A DNA stretch of 64,000 bases, taken from assembly GCF_009914755.1 (NCBI RefSeq), contig NC_060927.1; one strand, given 5' to 3'. Origin of the DNA: the human T2T-CHM13v2.0 reference genome, Homo sapiens. Made by a program: the position numbers and the translations under genes. This document shows, piece by piece, positions 16,885-30,944 of this stretch (the stretch's first letter is position 1; every line of letters begins with the position of its first letter). Under the pieces are notes generated by a model. That model ran no database searches. It was given only the letters and a program-made list of their open reading frames with translations, and was not told the origin of the DNA.

Positions 16885-17341
16885 TAGCCCTGTTCAATTG
16901 CATTTTCTGTGATGACAGAGATGTTCTATATTTGTGCTGTTCAATATAGTAGCCACTTAGCCACATATAGCTACTGAAAGCTTGAACATGTGGCTAGTGC
17001 AACTGAGGAATTACATTTTTTTAGAAGGGTGAAGAATTGTATTTTATTGAAACTCAACTCAAAAAAAGAAATAAGATGCTGTAGTGTGCAATGTATTCAC
17101 ACAAAGCACCCTCAGATGCATATTCAAGTCAAGTAAGAACTCCATATCCCTTTTCTTAGTTTTCCTACCCTGGGACCTTAGTCTCTTCCATATACAATCA
17201 TGCACACTTAATTTGAAAAAGGAAACCCAGTGTATTTTGATGTATTCGTTAGCACCAAATTTAATGAAATTTTAATTAAATAAATACTGAAGTTTAAATA
17301 GCCACATGTAGCTGCTGGCTACTGTCTTGAACATAAGCAGT
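16885..17341 (+). mobile_element. MER3-like hAT element split by a non-repeat insert
   Basis: ttctgtgatgacagagatgttctatatttgtgctgttcaatatagtagccact ... aatagccacatgtagctgctggctactg. Confidence 0.75.
17016..17265 (-). pseudogene. Probable 5'-truncated retrocopy of an unidentified mRNA 3' end
   Basis: Minus-strand AATAAA (17048-17043) followed 20 nt later by an A7 tail, inserted in MER3. Confidence 0.5.
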
Positions 17342-17651
17342 TCTGTAGTCCATCCTGTCTAAATAGACCTATTCTGTCTATAGGCCAATTTACAAACGTT
17401 CTCTTTTTAGATGATCAGCCGAATGAGTTTTAGCCAGCTTATAAAGGTGTGGCACAGAAGGCCCGTTGATAGAGTTTAAAAATCATGTGCACAGGAGTGG
17501 AAAGTTTGGGTGAGCAAGCAGAGGCCAGCACCCTGAAGAAAGAGGCTGATGGAGTTTAAGACACACTAGGACTCAAATCTCGGTCTGTCTCTTAGTTGTG
17601 AAGCCCCAGACAGGTTGTTTAACCTCTCAGAGACTGCCTCATCCTCTGAAA

Positions 17652-17822
17652 AGGCCTGGCTACTTAATTTGCCAGAGCCCAGGGCAAAATAAAAACACTG
17701 GGTCCCTTGTTCAAAAATTATTAAGAATTTTGAGCTGGCAACAGCAGAGACCAAGTGTGGGGCCCTTCCGAGTTGCAGGCTCTGTGTAACGCGTAGGTTA
17801 CATGACCACGAAGCTGCCTCCT
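17652..17822 (+). mobile_element. MER45-like hAT-Tip100 element
   Basis: ggctacttaatttgccagagcccagggcaaaat...cccttgttcaaaaattattaagaattt. Confidence 0.65.
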
Positions 17823-18067
17823 GGGTCTTGAGGATGCGGGCTGGGCAGTCAGAGTGTTGAAAATGGGAGAGGGAACAAAGGCGAGAGCGTTTGCTGCTGC
17901 TGCACTGCTGCTGGCCTGGGCAGAAGGCTGGGGTGGGGAGCTCTTTTCTTACATCAGTTTCAGATCTTCCCTCTTTCTGAGTCCTGTAGACTATAGCTAA
18001 TCTTTTCCTAGGCTTGTTTGTTGGCTGGGTCTCAAATGACCATAGTCTAGCTCTTGCAGTTACCTAC

Positions 18068-20387
18068 TGACATGGTTTAGATCTGTGTCCCTACTGACAT
18101 GGTTTAGCTCGTGTCCCCACCAGATCTCATCTTGAATTGTACTCCCATAATTCCCACGTGTTGTGGGAGGGACTTGGTGGGAGATAATTTAAATCATGAG
18201 GGTGGTTTCCCCCATACTGTTCGCATGGTAGTGAATAAGTCTCATGAGATCTGATGGTTTTATCAGGGGGTTCTGCTTTTGCATCTTCCTCATTTTTCTC
18301 TTGCCACCACCATGTTAAGAAGAGCCTTTTGCCTCCCACCATGATTCTGAGGCCTCCCCAGCCATGCAGAACTGTAAGTCCAATTAAACCTCTTTTTCTT
18401 CCCAGTCTCGGGTATGTCTTTATCAGCAGCATGAAAATGGACTAATACAGTAACTTGGTACCAGCAGAAGGGGTGCCTCTGAAAAGATACCCAAAAATGT
18501 GGAAGCAACTTTGGAACTGGGTAACAGGCAGAGGTTGGAACAGTTTGGAGGGCTCAGAAAAAGACAAGAAAATGTGGGAAAGTTTGGTACTTTCTAGAGA
18601 CTTGTTGAATGCCTTTGCCCAAAATGCTGATAGCAATATGGACAATAAAGTCCAGGCTGAGGTAGTCTCAGATGGAGATGAGGAACTTGTTGGGAAGTGG
18701 AGCAAAGATGACTCTTGTTATGTTTTAGCAAAGTGACTGGTGGCATTTTGCCCCTGCTGTAGAGATTTGTGGAATTTTGAACTTGAGAGAGGTGATTTAG
18801 GGTATCTGTGGAAGAAATGTCTAAGCAGCAAAGCATTCAAGAGGTGACTTGGGTGCTATTTAAGGCATTCAGTTTTAATAAGGAAGCAGAACATAAAAGT
18901 TTGGAAAGTTTGCAGCCTGAAAATGCAGTATAAAAGAAAAATCTATTTTCTGAGGAGAAATTCATGAAAGCTGCAGAAATTTGCATAAGTAATGAGGAGC
19001 CGAATGTTAATCCCCAAGACAATGGGGAAATGTCTCCAGGGCATATCAAAGGTCTTCATGGCAGCCCCTCCCATCACAGGCCCAGAGGCCTAGGAGGAAA
19101 AAAATGGTTTTGAGGGCCAGGCCCAGGGTACCTGTGCTGTGTGCAGTCTAGGGACTTGGTGCCCTGCATCCCAGCCACTTCAGCTATGGCTGAAAGGGGC
19201 CAATGTAGAGCGTGGGCTGTGGCTTCAAAGGGTGCAAGTCCCAGGGCTTGGCAGCTTCCACATGGTGTTGAGCCTGCAAGTGCACAGAAGTGAAGAACTG
19301 AGGTTTGGGAACCTCAGCCTAGATTTCAGAGGATGTATGGAAACGCCTGGCTGTGCAGGCAGAAGTTTGCTGCAGGGGCGGGGCTCTCATGGAGAACCTC
19401 TGCTAGAGCAGTGCAGAAGGGAAATGTGGGGTTGGAGCCCCCACAGAGAGTCCCTACTGGGGCACTGCCTAGTGGAGCTGTGAGAAGAGGGCCACTGTCC
19501 TCCAGACCCCAAAATGGTAGACCCACTGACAGCTTGCACTGTGCACCTGGAAAAGCCGCAGACCGCAGACTCAACGCTCGCCCATGAAAGCAGCCAGGAG
19601 GGAGGCTGTATCCTGCAAAGCCACAGGGGCAGAGCTGTCCAAGACCATGGGAACCCGCCTCTTGTTTCAGCATGACCTGGATGTGAGACATGGAGTCAAA
19701 GAAGATCATTTTGGAGCTTTAAGATTTGACTGCCCCACTGGATTTCAGGCTTGCATGGGGCCTATAATCCCTTTGTTTTGACCAATTTCTCCCATTTGAA
19801 ATGGCTGTATTTACTCAATACCTGTACCCCCATTGTGTCTAGGAAGTAACTAGCTTGCTTTTGATTTTACAGGCTCATAGGTGGAAGAGACTTGCCTTGT
19901 CTCAGATGAGACTTTGGACTGTGGACTTTTGGGTTAATGCTGAAATGAGTTAAGACTTTGGGGGACTGTTGGGAAGGCATGATTGGTTTTGAAATGTGAG
20001 GACATGAGATTTGGAGGGGCCAGGGGTGGGATGATATGGTTTGGCTCTGTGTCCCCACCTAGATCTCATTTTGAATTGTACTCCCATAATTCCCACATGT
20101 TGTGGGAGGGACCTGGTGGGAGATAATTTGAATCATGGGGGCAGTTTTCCCTATACTGTTCCCATGGTAGTGAGTAAGTCTTACAAGACCTGATGGTTTT
20201 GTCAGGGGTTTCTGCTTTTGCATCTTCATCATTTTTCTGTTGCCACTGCCATGTAAGAAGTGCCTTTAACCTTCCACCATGATTCTGAGGCCTCCCCAGC
20301 CATGTGGAACTGCAAGTCCAACTATACCTCTTTTTCTTCCCAGTCTCAGGTATGTCTTTATCAGCAGCATGAAAATGGACTAATACA
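18068..20387 (+). mobile_element. Full-length THE1A MaLR retrotransposon (LTR 18095-18449, internal 18450-20031, LTR 20032-20387)
   Basis: Two ~355-bp LTRs (tga(c/t)atggttt...ggactaataca), THE1-int sequence, 5-bp TSD cctac on both sides. Confidence 0.93.
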
Positions 20388-20461
20388 CCTACATTAAAGG
20401 GCAGAGAAGAGGCCGTGCTGGTTCATCCATATAACTCATGGGATCATTAGGAGGTTCTTAA

Positions 20462-20821
<360 letters not shown>

Positions 20822-21198
20822 TCATAAGCACGTTTAAAGCCAAGAAACAGCCTTGTGAACCGCCCAAACAGAACAGTGAGCTGTGAGGTTGGGTGTCGTT
20901 TGCAGGCTCCCCAGGACTGGCTGAGGATGCCTTGATGTGGCACTGATTAGAGATGATCCCAGAGACCACACAGATGTGAACAGGACTCCCCTCTTCCGTG
21001 GGGAACAGAAGTCCATGAGAGGCTGGGTCTGAAGGGCAGGGCGAGGGTAAAGGAGACAGGTTTGGCAGCAGCCTGGAGGGCTATAGGTGCTTTGCCCTGT
21101 GGCTTTAACATCAGATCCCCAAGTATCCCTGACCTGGGGGAGGAGCTGCCAACACAAAGTCCAGAAAGGGCAGGGCATATAGGTGGAAGCAGAAATGC

Positions 21199-21314
21199 CA
21201 ATCAGGATGAGTGACAGGGATGAACCAAAGTTGGGTTCAATATTCTGGACCTGGGTGACTGGAGGAATCAAAGCATTCTAGAGTTAGAAGTGGCCTTAGA
21301 ATATTTAATCTTGT
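21199..21314 (+). repeat. 116-bp direct repeat, copy 1
   Basis: About 89% identical to 22391-22506. Confidence 0.9.
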
Positions 21315-22089
21315 GCCTAGGACTAGATATTGTGCTTCAGTGTCCCTGAGACCTCCTCCACCTCAAACTTGTGGCCTCCTGAAGGAAAGAAAAAGAGACA
21401 AACACTATCTAGGAAGCCCTGGGGTCCACCAGACTCCTCGGCAGCCACTCTCCCGACTGTGGCTCCCAGGAGAACCCAGTCTCATGGCCTAGCTGAGTAG
21501 CAGAGCACTGTGGAAAGGCTGTATGGTTGCTGCCCTGCCTCTTGCTGCTCTGTGACCCTGGGCTCGTGACTTCACCTTGCTGGGCCTTCTTTCACCAGTA
21601 AGCTGAAAATAAGCTTTGCTGCTAGGATATTAATTGGTGACATGAGATAAGGTTTGTAAAACACAGGGCACTTGCCTGACATCTACTTCCTCCTTGCCAT
21701 CTGGAAGCTTCCAGTATAACACCTGCCTGAAGTCATAGCTGAAGTACAACATGTTTCTGACAATTAAATGTAACAGACATAATTTCTAGGGCACCCACTG
21801 CATTGGACAATGTGAGACAGATGGACTAAGTACAAGACATGGACCTCTACCTCTGAAAAAAGTAGCATCTTGGTTAAGCAAAAGACACACAAGCACAAGC
21901 TTTTTAAATTATGAAACTAATACAGCTACATGCAGAAGAATTATGAATCAAAAGGACTATTGGGATTTAGAAGGAGAGCTTAGCAGAGTTGGAGGGCTTC
22001 CTGGAGAAAATGGGCTCTGTGATAGACTCTGAAGTGCTGGTAAGGCATGGAAGGTGGGCAGCTTTTGCTGTGAGTTGTCCAGGAACAAT

Positions 22090-22144
22090 GGCAAGAGCAA
22101 GGTGTGGGCAAGAGCAAGGTGTGGGCAAGAGCAAGGTGTGGGCA
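22090..22144 (+). repeat. 17-bp tandem repeat ggcaagagcaaggtgtg x3
   Basis: Direct inspection. Confidence 0.9.
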
Positions 22145-22390
22145 GGAGTGGATTCAGAGCCCCACTGGAATAGAGTTTTGAAGTCATGGATGAAGTGGGC
22201 GGAGAGAGGTCTGAAGAGGTTAGGAGGGCCAGGCAGTGGACTGGAGGTGCCACACCACCAGCAAAAGACCAAGGATTCTGTTCTAAGGGCCAACCAAGTC
22301 TGGAGGCACAGATTTCAGAGTGAGGGAGTCACATGATGAAAAAGGAATGGTGGAATAGAGGGGGATGTTGGATGGGAGGAGAATCTAGAA

Positions 22391-22506
22391 CAATCAGGGT
22401 GAGTGACAGGGATGAAATGAAGTTAGGTCCAATATTCTGGGCCTGGGTGACTGGAGGAATCAAAGCATTCTAGAGCGTGAAGTGACCTTAGAAGATGTAA
22501 TCTTGT
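22391..22506 (+). repeat. 116-bp direct repeat, copy 2
   Basis: caatcagg...ggtgactggaggaatcaaagcattctagag...taatcttgt. Confidence 0.9.
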
Positions 22507-22509
22507 ATA

Positions 22510-22839
22510 GCCATTCAGAATAGGTTAATGCCTTTCCTGGGTCCACGGCAAGTTCTTCCTCTCTTAGTTCTCTCAAGAGCTGGTTGTTGAAAACAGCCTA
22601 GCGCCACCCCTTCCCCTGCCATTCTCTCCCTTCCTCTCTCACCATGTGATTTCTGCACATGCAGGCTCCCCTTTGTCTTCTGCCATGAGGGGAAGTAGCC
22701 TGAGGCCCTCATCAGTTGCAGATGCTGGGTTTCATGCTTCCTGTACAGCCTGCAGAATCATGAGCCAAATAAACCTCTTTTCTTCATAAATTACCCAGGC
22801 TTATGTATCCCTTTATAGCAACACAAATGGACTAAGACA
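22510..22839 (+). mobile_element. MST/MLT1A-type MaLR LTR, 5'-truncated
   Basis: aaataaacctcttttcttcataaattaccc...aaatggactaagaca. Confidence 0.75.
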
Positions 22840-23049
22840 GTACCCTCCCTATGGGGCAGTGTCCAGAGAGAAAAGGCCAGAAAACCAAAGACTGAACCTT
22901 GAGTCCTGGGAACAGGATCCAGGAGAAGGGGCAGTCAGAGGTGGGATGCAGCCCAGATGTGGTCATGGTGATCAAGGACGCAGTAGTGAAGGTGGTCAGT
23001 GCTGTCCACAGGCATGGTACTTGGCTGTGATCTCCCCAGCCCCACTGAA

Positions 23050-23294
23050 GCCTATTACAGATGGCTGCAAATTCTTTGACACCTCTCCCACTGAGATGGG
23101 GTGGGGGAATCTTTGCTTCCTCCATGTAAATCGGAGTAGGTTCTGTGACTAATGCCCCCCATAGAATAGAATGGAAGTTTAGCTGGGCATGGTAGTGCAT
23201 GGCTGTAGTCCCAGCTACTCGGGAGGCTGAAGTGGGAGGATCGCTTTAAGCCCAGGAGTTCTCCAGCTGGGGCAAGAGAGTGAGAACCTGTCTC

Positions 23295-23325
<31 letters not shown>

Positions 23326-23680
23326 AATAGAATGGAAGTAATGTCATGCCAGTGTCCAGTTCCAGCCTCTGAGAGACTGGCTGTTCTGACCTTTAGAATC
23401 TGGGAGCACTCAGTTGTGGAACCCAGCCACCATGTTGTGAAGAAGCCCTGTGCAGTGGTCCAAGTGACCAGGAGTCAAAGCTCCCAGTCAATAGCCAGCA
23501 CTAACTTGTCAGCAGTGTCATGGAGCCCACTTGAAAGAGGATTCTAATTATGCTGCCCAAGCTGTGGCCACATGGAGGAGAGATATACAGTCCCTGCTGA
23601 ACCCTGCTCTAATTACAGGTTTGTGAGCAAAACTACTAATTGTTAACTAAATTTTGGGGTGGCTCATTACACAGCAACAT
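23050..23680 (+). mobile_element. MLT1-type LTR with an Alu monomer inserted (23180-23322)
   Basis: TSD aatagaatggaagt flanks the monomer. Confidence 0.65.
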
Positions 23681-24044
23681 CTGGTTTTCTCGGTGGATTC
23701 AATCCAATGTGCTTGGGTCTCCCCTCCTAGTGCATGGCAGATGGTGGGGGCCATGGGAACTTCCCTCTCTCACTGCTCTCCCTTAACTTTTGTTCTGGTG
23801 GCTGGTGACCTCCACGGGGCTTAGAGATCAACTGTGGTCAGTGATTAGGGTGGCCCTGGGCCTCTATGGGGGTTAGGTATTGGGAAAGGTCACAAAGGGT
23901 GGGGCCCATGTAGCCCCCACAAGAACAGAACAGAACAGAACAAGCCCTGGCCTCTCAGCTACCCATTGGCATAGCTTCCATTCCTTCCACTTGCATACAG
24001 GGAGACTTGAAAACCAGTGGTGGCGAGACTCCAAGACTATTATT

Positions 24045-24050
24045 TTTATT
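24045..24050 (-). terminator. CDCP1: Distal poly(A) signal AATAAA
   Basis: Plus-strand tttatt at 24045-24050. Confidence 0.7.
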
Positions 24051-24277
24051 TCCGGACAAAAACATCTGCTTCACACAGTGCACGGCATCAAATGAAGAGG
24101 AAAGAACTTGTATCCCAAAGCCTGGCTTTCTGTATCATCCACAAATTAAGACAGCATCTGCTGAGCCCATGCTGAGCCTGTCACAGTCAACAACTGGGAA
24201 ACCGGGGCCTCTACTGAACCAGGGGACAAGTAGCCGAAGCACTTAAACAGCTTGATACTTGTTTTTTGGTACATTTG

Positions 24278-24283
24278 TTTATT
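24278..24283 (-). terminator. CDCP1: Candidate tandem poly(A) signal AATAAA
   Basis: Plus-strand tttatt at 24278-24283. Confidence 0.5.
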
Positions 24284-25196
24284 TAAAGCACAGGAAATGA
24301 ATAAAATGCCACCTAAAAAGTATCTGCAATGAATAAATTATTTCCAGTGAAGCACTGCAGATCCACACACACCAGTCTGCTAACCTTTACCAAGGCCATG
24401 TCCGGTGGGCTTGTGCTTGTCCCAGTTGACTCTTCCTTGAGACCTTTCCCTTCTGTGCAATGACCACAGCATTAGAGACCAGTCCTGCATGCGCTGGCCT
24501 TCCTCGTAGGCATGGCAGACCACGTGGATGAGCAGTGGGCTGGCATGCAGTAGGCTTCAACAAATGGCACTTCACTGTTTCCAGTGACCCTGAAATGTTT
24601 TATGTAAGTGGGGCCTGGGCTTTAAAGAAAAGAGCCAGGGTTCCTCAGGCTGGGCCCCTTCACTGAGGCACAGCTCCAGGAAATACTGGTCTCAGGAGCC
24701 AGCAACTTGTCCAGGAGTTTTGAGCCCTCAGTTGAAGGAAAATGGCCACGTGGTGTCCTTGCAGGCAACAGTGATGTCGGTGATGGTGACAAGTAGCCAG
24801 CCTAAGGAAGGCCAATCCCACCTTGGGTGGAATGCAGGGCACCTAGTCCTGCTTGGAAGGGGCTGGGAGGTTGGGGAATGTCGAGAATGGAGGGCTAGGG
24901 CTCCACACAGTGAATTCAAATAAGGGCTCTTCAGTGAGGGAAGGAAGCCGCAGCCCTCCTTTGGCCCTTTATGCAGGGTCAGCATCTCGGCTCACAAGGC
25001 CAAGGGTCACTGGGCAGGAACCAGACTTTCAGAAGGGAAAGGTGCCATAGGCAACGCCAAGGGCATGACTTAAATATCCTATCCTCTGGAAAGTGTTCAA
25101 GAGGTCTTGCAGTACACGCCATTTAGGAGACTATAAAATTCCTTTCATTTATGCCATGTGAACAAGTTGAGGCGGTGCATTTCCAAGGTGAATTCA

Positions 25197-25726
<530 letters not shown>

Positions 25727-26067
25727 CTACTCACCTGATTAGAGATTAATCCCAGTCTTTCTTTTTCATTACAATAAATGCAACCTGCAGGGGCATTGAT
25801 CAGTAGAAACAAACACTTAGCCTCATTGTGGGAAGTGATAGGGCGTAGTGTGGGCTGTGGTGACCTGGTGAAGTGGACACCCCTTCTAAAGGCAGAGCTG
25901 GTGCCCAGCTCCAGCCAGTTGTTGCTAGGTGAGAATGTGAGCCCCAGCATGGCCAGATCTTCTGATCTGGGGTTTTTTTTAAGTGTTAGAGTCCGCAAGC
26001 TAAACAAAACATCCCTGTGCGCCAGATCATTTTGTAGCCTCTCCTGTGGGAGTCAGTGGCAGGAAGG

Positions 26068-26496
26068 TGTGGTAGGCAGAATAACAGCACCCCAAAGATG
26101 TCCTGGTCCTAATCCCCACCTGTGGCTATGTTGTCTTGCATGGCAAAAGGCTCTTCCAGGATGATGAAGGATCTTTAGATGGAGAGATTATCCTGGATCT
26201 TCCTGGTGGGCTTTGTAAGTCAAAGAGGGAAGTGGGAGGGCCAGTGTCACAGTGATGCCATGTGAGAAAAGCTTGACCAGCCACTGGAGCCTGGGAATGC
26301 AGCCAGCCTCTAGAAGCTTGAAATGGCAAGGAACCGGCTTCTCCCTAGAGCCTTCAGAAGGAGCACAGCTCTGCTGACACCTTGATTTTCATTCAGGGAC
26401 ATCCATTTTGGAATTCTGATCCCCAGGACTATAAGCTAATGTGTTGTTTTTAAGCTACCAAGTAATGGGTTGCAGTGGCAACAGAAAACTAATGCA
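26068..26496 (+). mobile_element. MLT1C/D MaLR LTR in the CDCP1 3'UTR
   Basis: tgtggtaggcagaataacagcaccccaaagatgtcc...agaaaactaatgca. Confidence 0.85.
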
Positions 26497-27381
26497 GGGG
26501 GCCACTGTTTGGTATATATTTAAACATTTTTAGAGGATGAGAATATTCTCTAAATTTCTCTTTAAATGTCAAAGTATTGCTGCAGCTAGGAGAACCGCAC
26601 ATGGAAACTTGAGGAAATTTCTCTTATTGCTAGGACTATAGGACAATGGGATTCAAGATGAATTTCCACAATGGGATAACCACGAACCGACCTAGAGAAT
26701 CAGGAAGTCTCTTATCAAAGCAGATATGTGTCAATGCTGCTCAAACACACACATTCTTTTCTGGTTGGACAGATTGTAAATTATTCCCACCACCTGGGGG
26801 ACAGGCACACGTTTATCTAGCGGTCAGTAGAAGTCACAACCCAGGCATCCAAACCAGTTAGTATGAGTTATTACTAAGTCAGGTGAAAAGAGCTAGGTGG
26901 TTATACATTTGATCTCTTAAATAACACAGGACCACCAAATAAATAATAATAAAAAGGCACATTGTCGTTTTCATCCTGGGGACCCCAGTGAGAGTAGGGA
27001 CCTCAGGTAGGCTCCTTGGAATTGGAACTGTTGTCCTGAAGAGGGCAAGCCTCTGTTTAACACTCTGAATCCAGGGCTTGCTGCAACCCTATGCTAGGTG
27101 ACTCAGGCCTCTCTCCTCTCATTACAGGCTGGCTAACCGCACAGCCTAAGTTGAGGAGCACATGAGCTGTCATGACTGTATCCAGATTGGAATTCATCAT
27201 TTTCAATGTCTTGCCCTTAGAATGAGTCCACTGAGCAATGTGAAGTTGGCGGTGTCCAGGAAAACCTCCTGCTGTTCCTTCTGTATAATTCCTCTTCTTT
27301 AGGATTTCTGGTTAGGAACACGGACGGGTGTCTCAGTGCCCTGCTTTATGAAACTCAGCAAAGCGTCTGGAATGGATCAAG

Positions 27382-27811
27382 TTATTCTGCTGGCTCCATG
27401 GGCTCCTGAGTGTTCAGTAAGGGAATGTCTGTGTCCTTGCTGCTTACATCCCCATTGTTGGGATGGGAGAAGGTGTACGGTTCACTCTCAGACTCAGGAG
27501 GGGAGCGAGGAGGTGGCTCCTCAGTGGCCAACTTTGCAGTTGGGGCCCTGGAGCATATGGTGGGTGGGGAGGGAGGACAGACCCCCATGGTGCCCTGGAA
27601 CGGCCGGTAGGTGTCCACCTCTGGCTGCAGGAAGGAGCCGCTGGAATCCTGTAGCAGATGCCCATATACCATGGTGTCCTCGATGACTGCATACACATGG
27701 GAGTCATTGTCCTTTCGCCCTTTCTGAAACTTTTTTGGCTGCCTCGGCATCTCAGTATTGATGTTGCCATTGTAGATACCCACAGCGGGGCCCTTGTTTG
27801 TCTTCTTTTTC
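27382..27811 (-). CDS. CDCP1: CDCP1 exon 9 coding part (430 nt; cytoplasmic tail with Src/PKC-delta tyrosines, e.g. YAVI)
   Basis: aaatag|GAAAAAGAAG...; KKKKTNKGPAVGIYNGNINTEM...HVYAVIEDTMVYG...QEPMEPAE, TAA at 27384-27382. Confidence 0.97.
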
Positions 27812-29481
27812 CTATTTGGAAAAATGGAACAAGACAGAAGTCAGAAAGGCAAGAATCTTCGATGGGTACCATTGCTATGGCCCTGCTAGAGCTTGGATTC
27901 TTTAGGGTTCTGACCATGTCTCCCCCAAATCCCTCAGATTGCTCAGCATTTGAAACTGAAACTACTGTCCTCAGTGAACATTTAGAAGGGACCTGATTTT
28001 GTCTCCAGTTTTCAAAGTGGAAACAGAGATCACAGGTGGTAGAAGAGTGGTTTAGAGAGGGCACCTCTATCACTATCTGTGCTCAATTCGTTTTTGATAG
28101 ATATGCGGTATCCAATGGTGGAGACATCTGACAATCTCTTTCCCCTCCATTCTACCAGAAATGGGCAGTGTCCCAGACCTTCTCAACCACATCAGGCTCA
28201 GTCATGCCTAGGTCAATCCTCCCGCACTCTTAGTACTTTCCCGTAGCTCATGCTTTATCTCTCTTTTGCCTGGGAAAAGCTCTGACCATCTAGATTTTAA
28301 ATGGCGATACAAGAGACTCAGGAGGCCAGGTTGTATCTTAGTTTTCAGCATGAGCTGGGGAGAGGATAACTCAGCATTAGCAGAGAGACCCAGTGCCTCA
28401 GTAGTCACCCCCAACAGAGGAAAGAGCTAAAAAGAAGACAAAATTCAGGCTGCAGTGCCAGAGTTCTTCAATAACACCATTAGCATTTGGTTTATAATGT
28501 TCTTTGGTACTTGGACCTGCATGGGCATTAGCGCTTGCTGCCACAGAAAACAAAGCTTTGCTCTCCATCTTTGTGAACCAAACAGCAGGGAATGCTGACT
28601 TTTTAGCTGACCAGTGATGCAAATGGAGGACATTAGCTCAATTAGCGTAATGGGCCATATAAGGCACAGGCTGGCAGTTCATAATGGTGGACAGGCTGTC
28701 TGTACTTTGCTGAGATAAAAATAAACCTGGTACCTTCAGCTTGTAACGCTGAGCCCCTGGCCAGGAGGATGGGTTCCTAAGGCTCCTGCCTGAAGCCCTG
28801 TAATGTTTGTCCCCACTAAAGCTCTTCTCATGCTATCCTGAAACTGACTGTTTATTTGCCTGTCTTTTCAGTCCCCCTGCCCCCATAGAAGAGATTGTCT
28901 CACTCATCATTGTCCCCAGTACCTCAATGAATCCTAGTGCCCAGGAGACACTCAGGAAGTACCCGCTTAGTGAACATGTTAGATGGCATTGTCTCTCCTC
29001 GTTCTCACTGCACAACCTGTCCATCCTCCTACAACAGCTTGGGCACGGACAGGCCTTATGCAAACCTGCCAGCCAGCAGCCTCACACAAGCAAGGCCTGT
29101 AGCAAGGCTGGACTGACGATTCTCAGGCTTAAACTGGCGCTGTTTCAAGATGAGGCAAGTGCTGGATCTCGTTCCTTGTCCAATTCCCTCCTGATAAGGA
29201 ACCTGGGGCCCAGTGTTAATGCCATGCTTCCCCAACTGGGTGGGCTATTCCGTGCACCGCAGATGGGAAAATTCCCTGAGAGAAACAGTAACATGATGTT
29301 TCCTTAAAAGCAGTCCTTTTTCCCCCATGTGTTATAGGTACAGCCACTTCTCATGGGGAAAAGACCTCCTGCAAGCCAGTCCTTCCTCATCAGCAGAGAC
29401 ATTTGTAGACAGTCTTGTTGTAGACTAGGAATTTCAGTTCTTTGCTCAGGTCCACAGTTAATTTTTAAAAAAGAATTTTTT

Positions 29482-29815
<334 letters not shown>

Positions 29816-29945
29816 TTAAGGAAAATAGCTCTCTTCTCTCTCCCATGACTTTAGTCAGAAATATGAGCAGAATTTATACAGTTTGGCGGCAGCACGGACT
29901 CTGTCTAAAAAGGTCAACATTTTCCTTTTATAAAATAGAAGCTCA

Positions 29946-30243
29946 GCCAGGTACGGTGGCTCATGCCTGTAATCCCAACATTTTGGGAAGCCAAGGTGGG
30001 TGGATCACTTGAGGTCAGGCGTTTAAGACCAATCTGGCCAATAAGGTGAAATCCCGTTTCTACAAAAAAATACAAAAAAAATTAGCTGGGCGTGGTGGTG
30101 TGTGCCTGTAGTCCCAGTTACTCGGGAGGCTGAGGAAGGAGAATCACTTCAACCCAGGAGGCGGAGGCTGCAGTGAACCGAGATTGCACCACTGGCAACA
30201 GAGCAAGACTCTGTCTCAAAAATAAATAAATAAATAAATAAAA
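29946..30243 (+). mobile_element. AluS
   Basis: Dimer with (TAAA)n tail. Confidence 0.92.
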
Positions 30244-30798
30244 CAGAAGTTGTCCTCCTGAGGGGATGGAAAGAGAGACTGAGGCAGTTAACTGGGCCTT
30301 CCTTCCTCTGGGCCACAGGCCTGGCCTCTGTTACATACCTGGAGCCCAACAGGCAAGGATAAAGCAGTTTGCTTAAGAAACTGCGGGAGAACAAGCTGGG
30401 ACAACACACACTCGTTCTCCTTAGGGTGACGGAGGGAGTGGTTTCAGAGGCACAGTCTGGCAGAGCCTACGTGAGCATTTTCTTGCCAAGATCACTCCTG
30501 CTTGATCAATCTACTGAGCAAACAGCACTCTGCTTGCAGGGGACTTGTGCTGAGGCAGCTGCACCATGAACTACATACAGGTGAAAATGTCACGTGTGTT
30601 TTATCCCCCCCTCACCCCCAGGCATGGGATTTTTTTTCTCCTGAAAGCATGACTCACACCTGGCAATATTGTTTAACATTGATCTTTGGGGGAAAAAATG
30701 GGAAGCAAGAAAACAAAGTCAATAATGAACAATCCACCCAGTCTGTGTGATCTGAGGAGGCATCAAATCAGATAAAGAGAGTAAGAGATTCCACCTAC

Positions 30799-30886
30799 TT
30801 CTTTTTCACACAGCAAATGATGAGCCCGAGGGCAGACAGCAGTAAGACTCCACCTCCCACCGCTGCGATGAGGATGACAGTCAAGT
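30799..30886 (-). CDS. CDCP1: CDCP1 exon 8 (88 nt; transmembrane helix, CC motif, start of poly-Lys)
   Basis: tcacag|ACTTGACT...AAAAGAA|gtaggt; DLTVILIAAVGGGVLLLSALGLIICCVKK. Confidence 0.97.
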
Positions 30887-30944
30887 CTGTGAGCAGAGAC
30901 ATAAAGAGACAGATGAAGAGGCAGCTGGGGTGAGCTCTGCAATG

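Noticed and set aside
18127-20058. Dense ORF cluster
   Set aside because: THE1A LTR and internal sequence with a fragmented MaLR ORF; not an intact gene.
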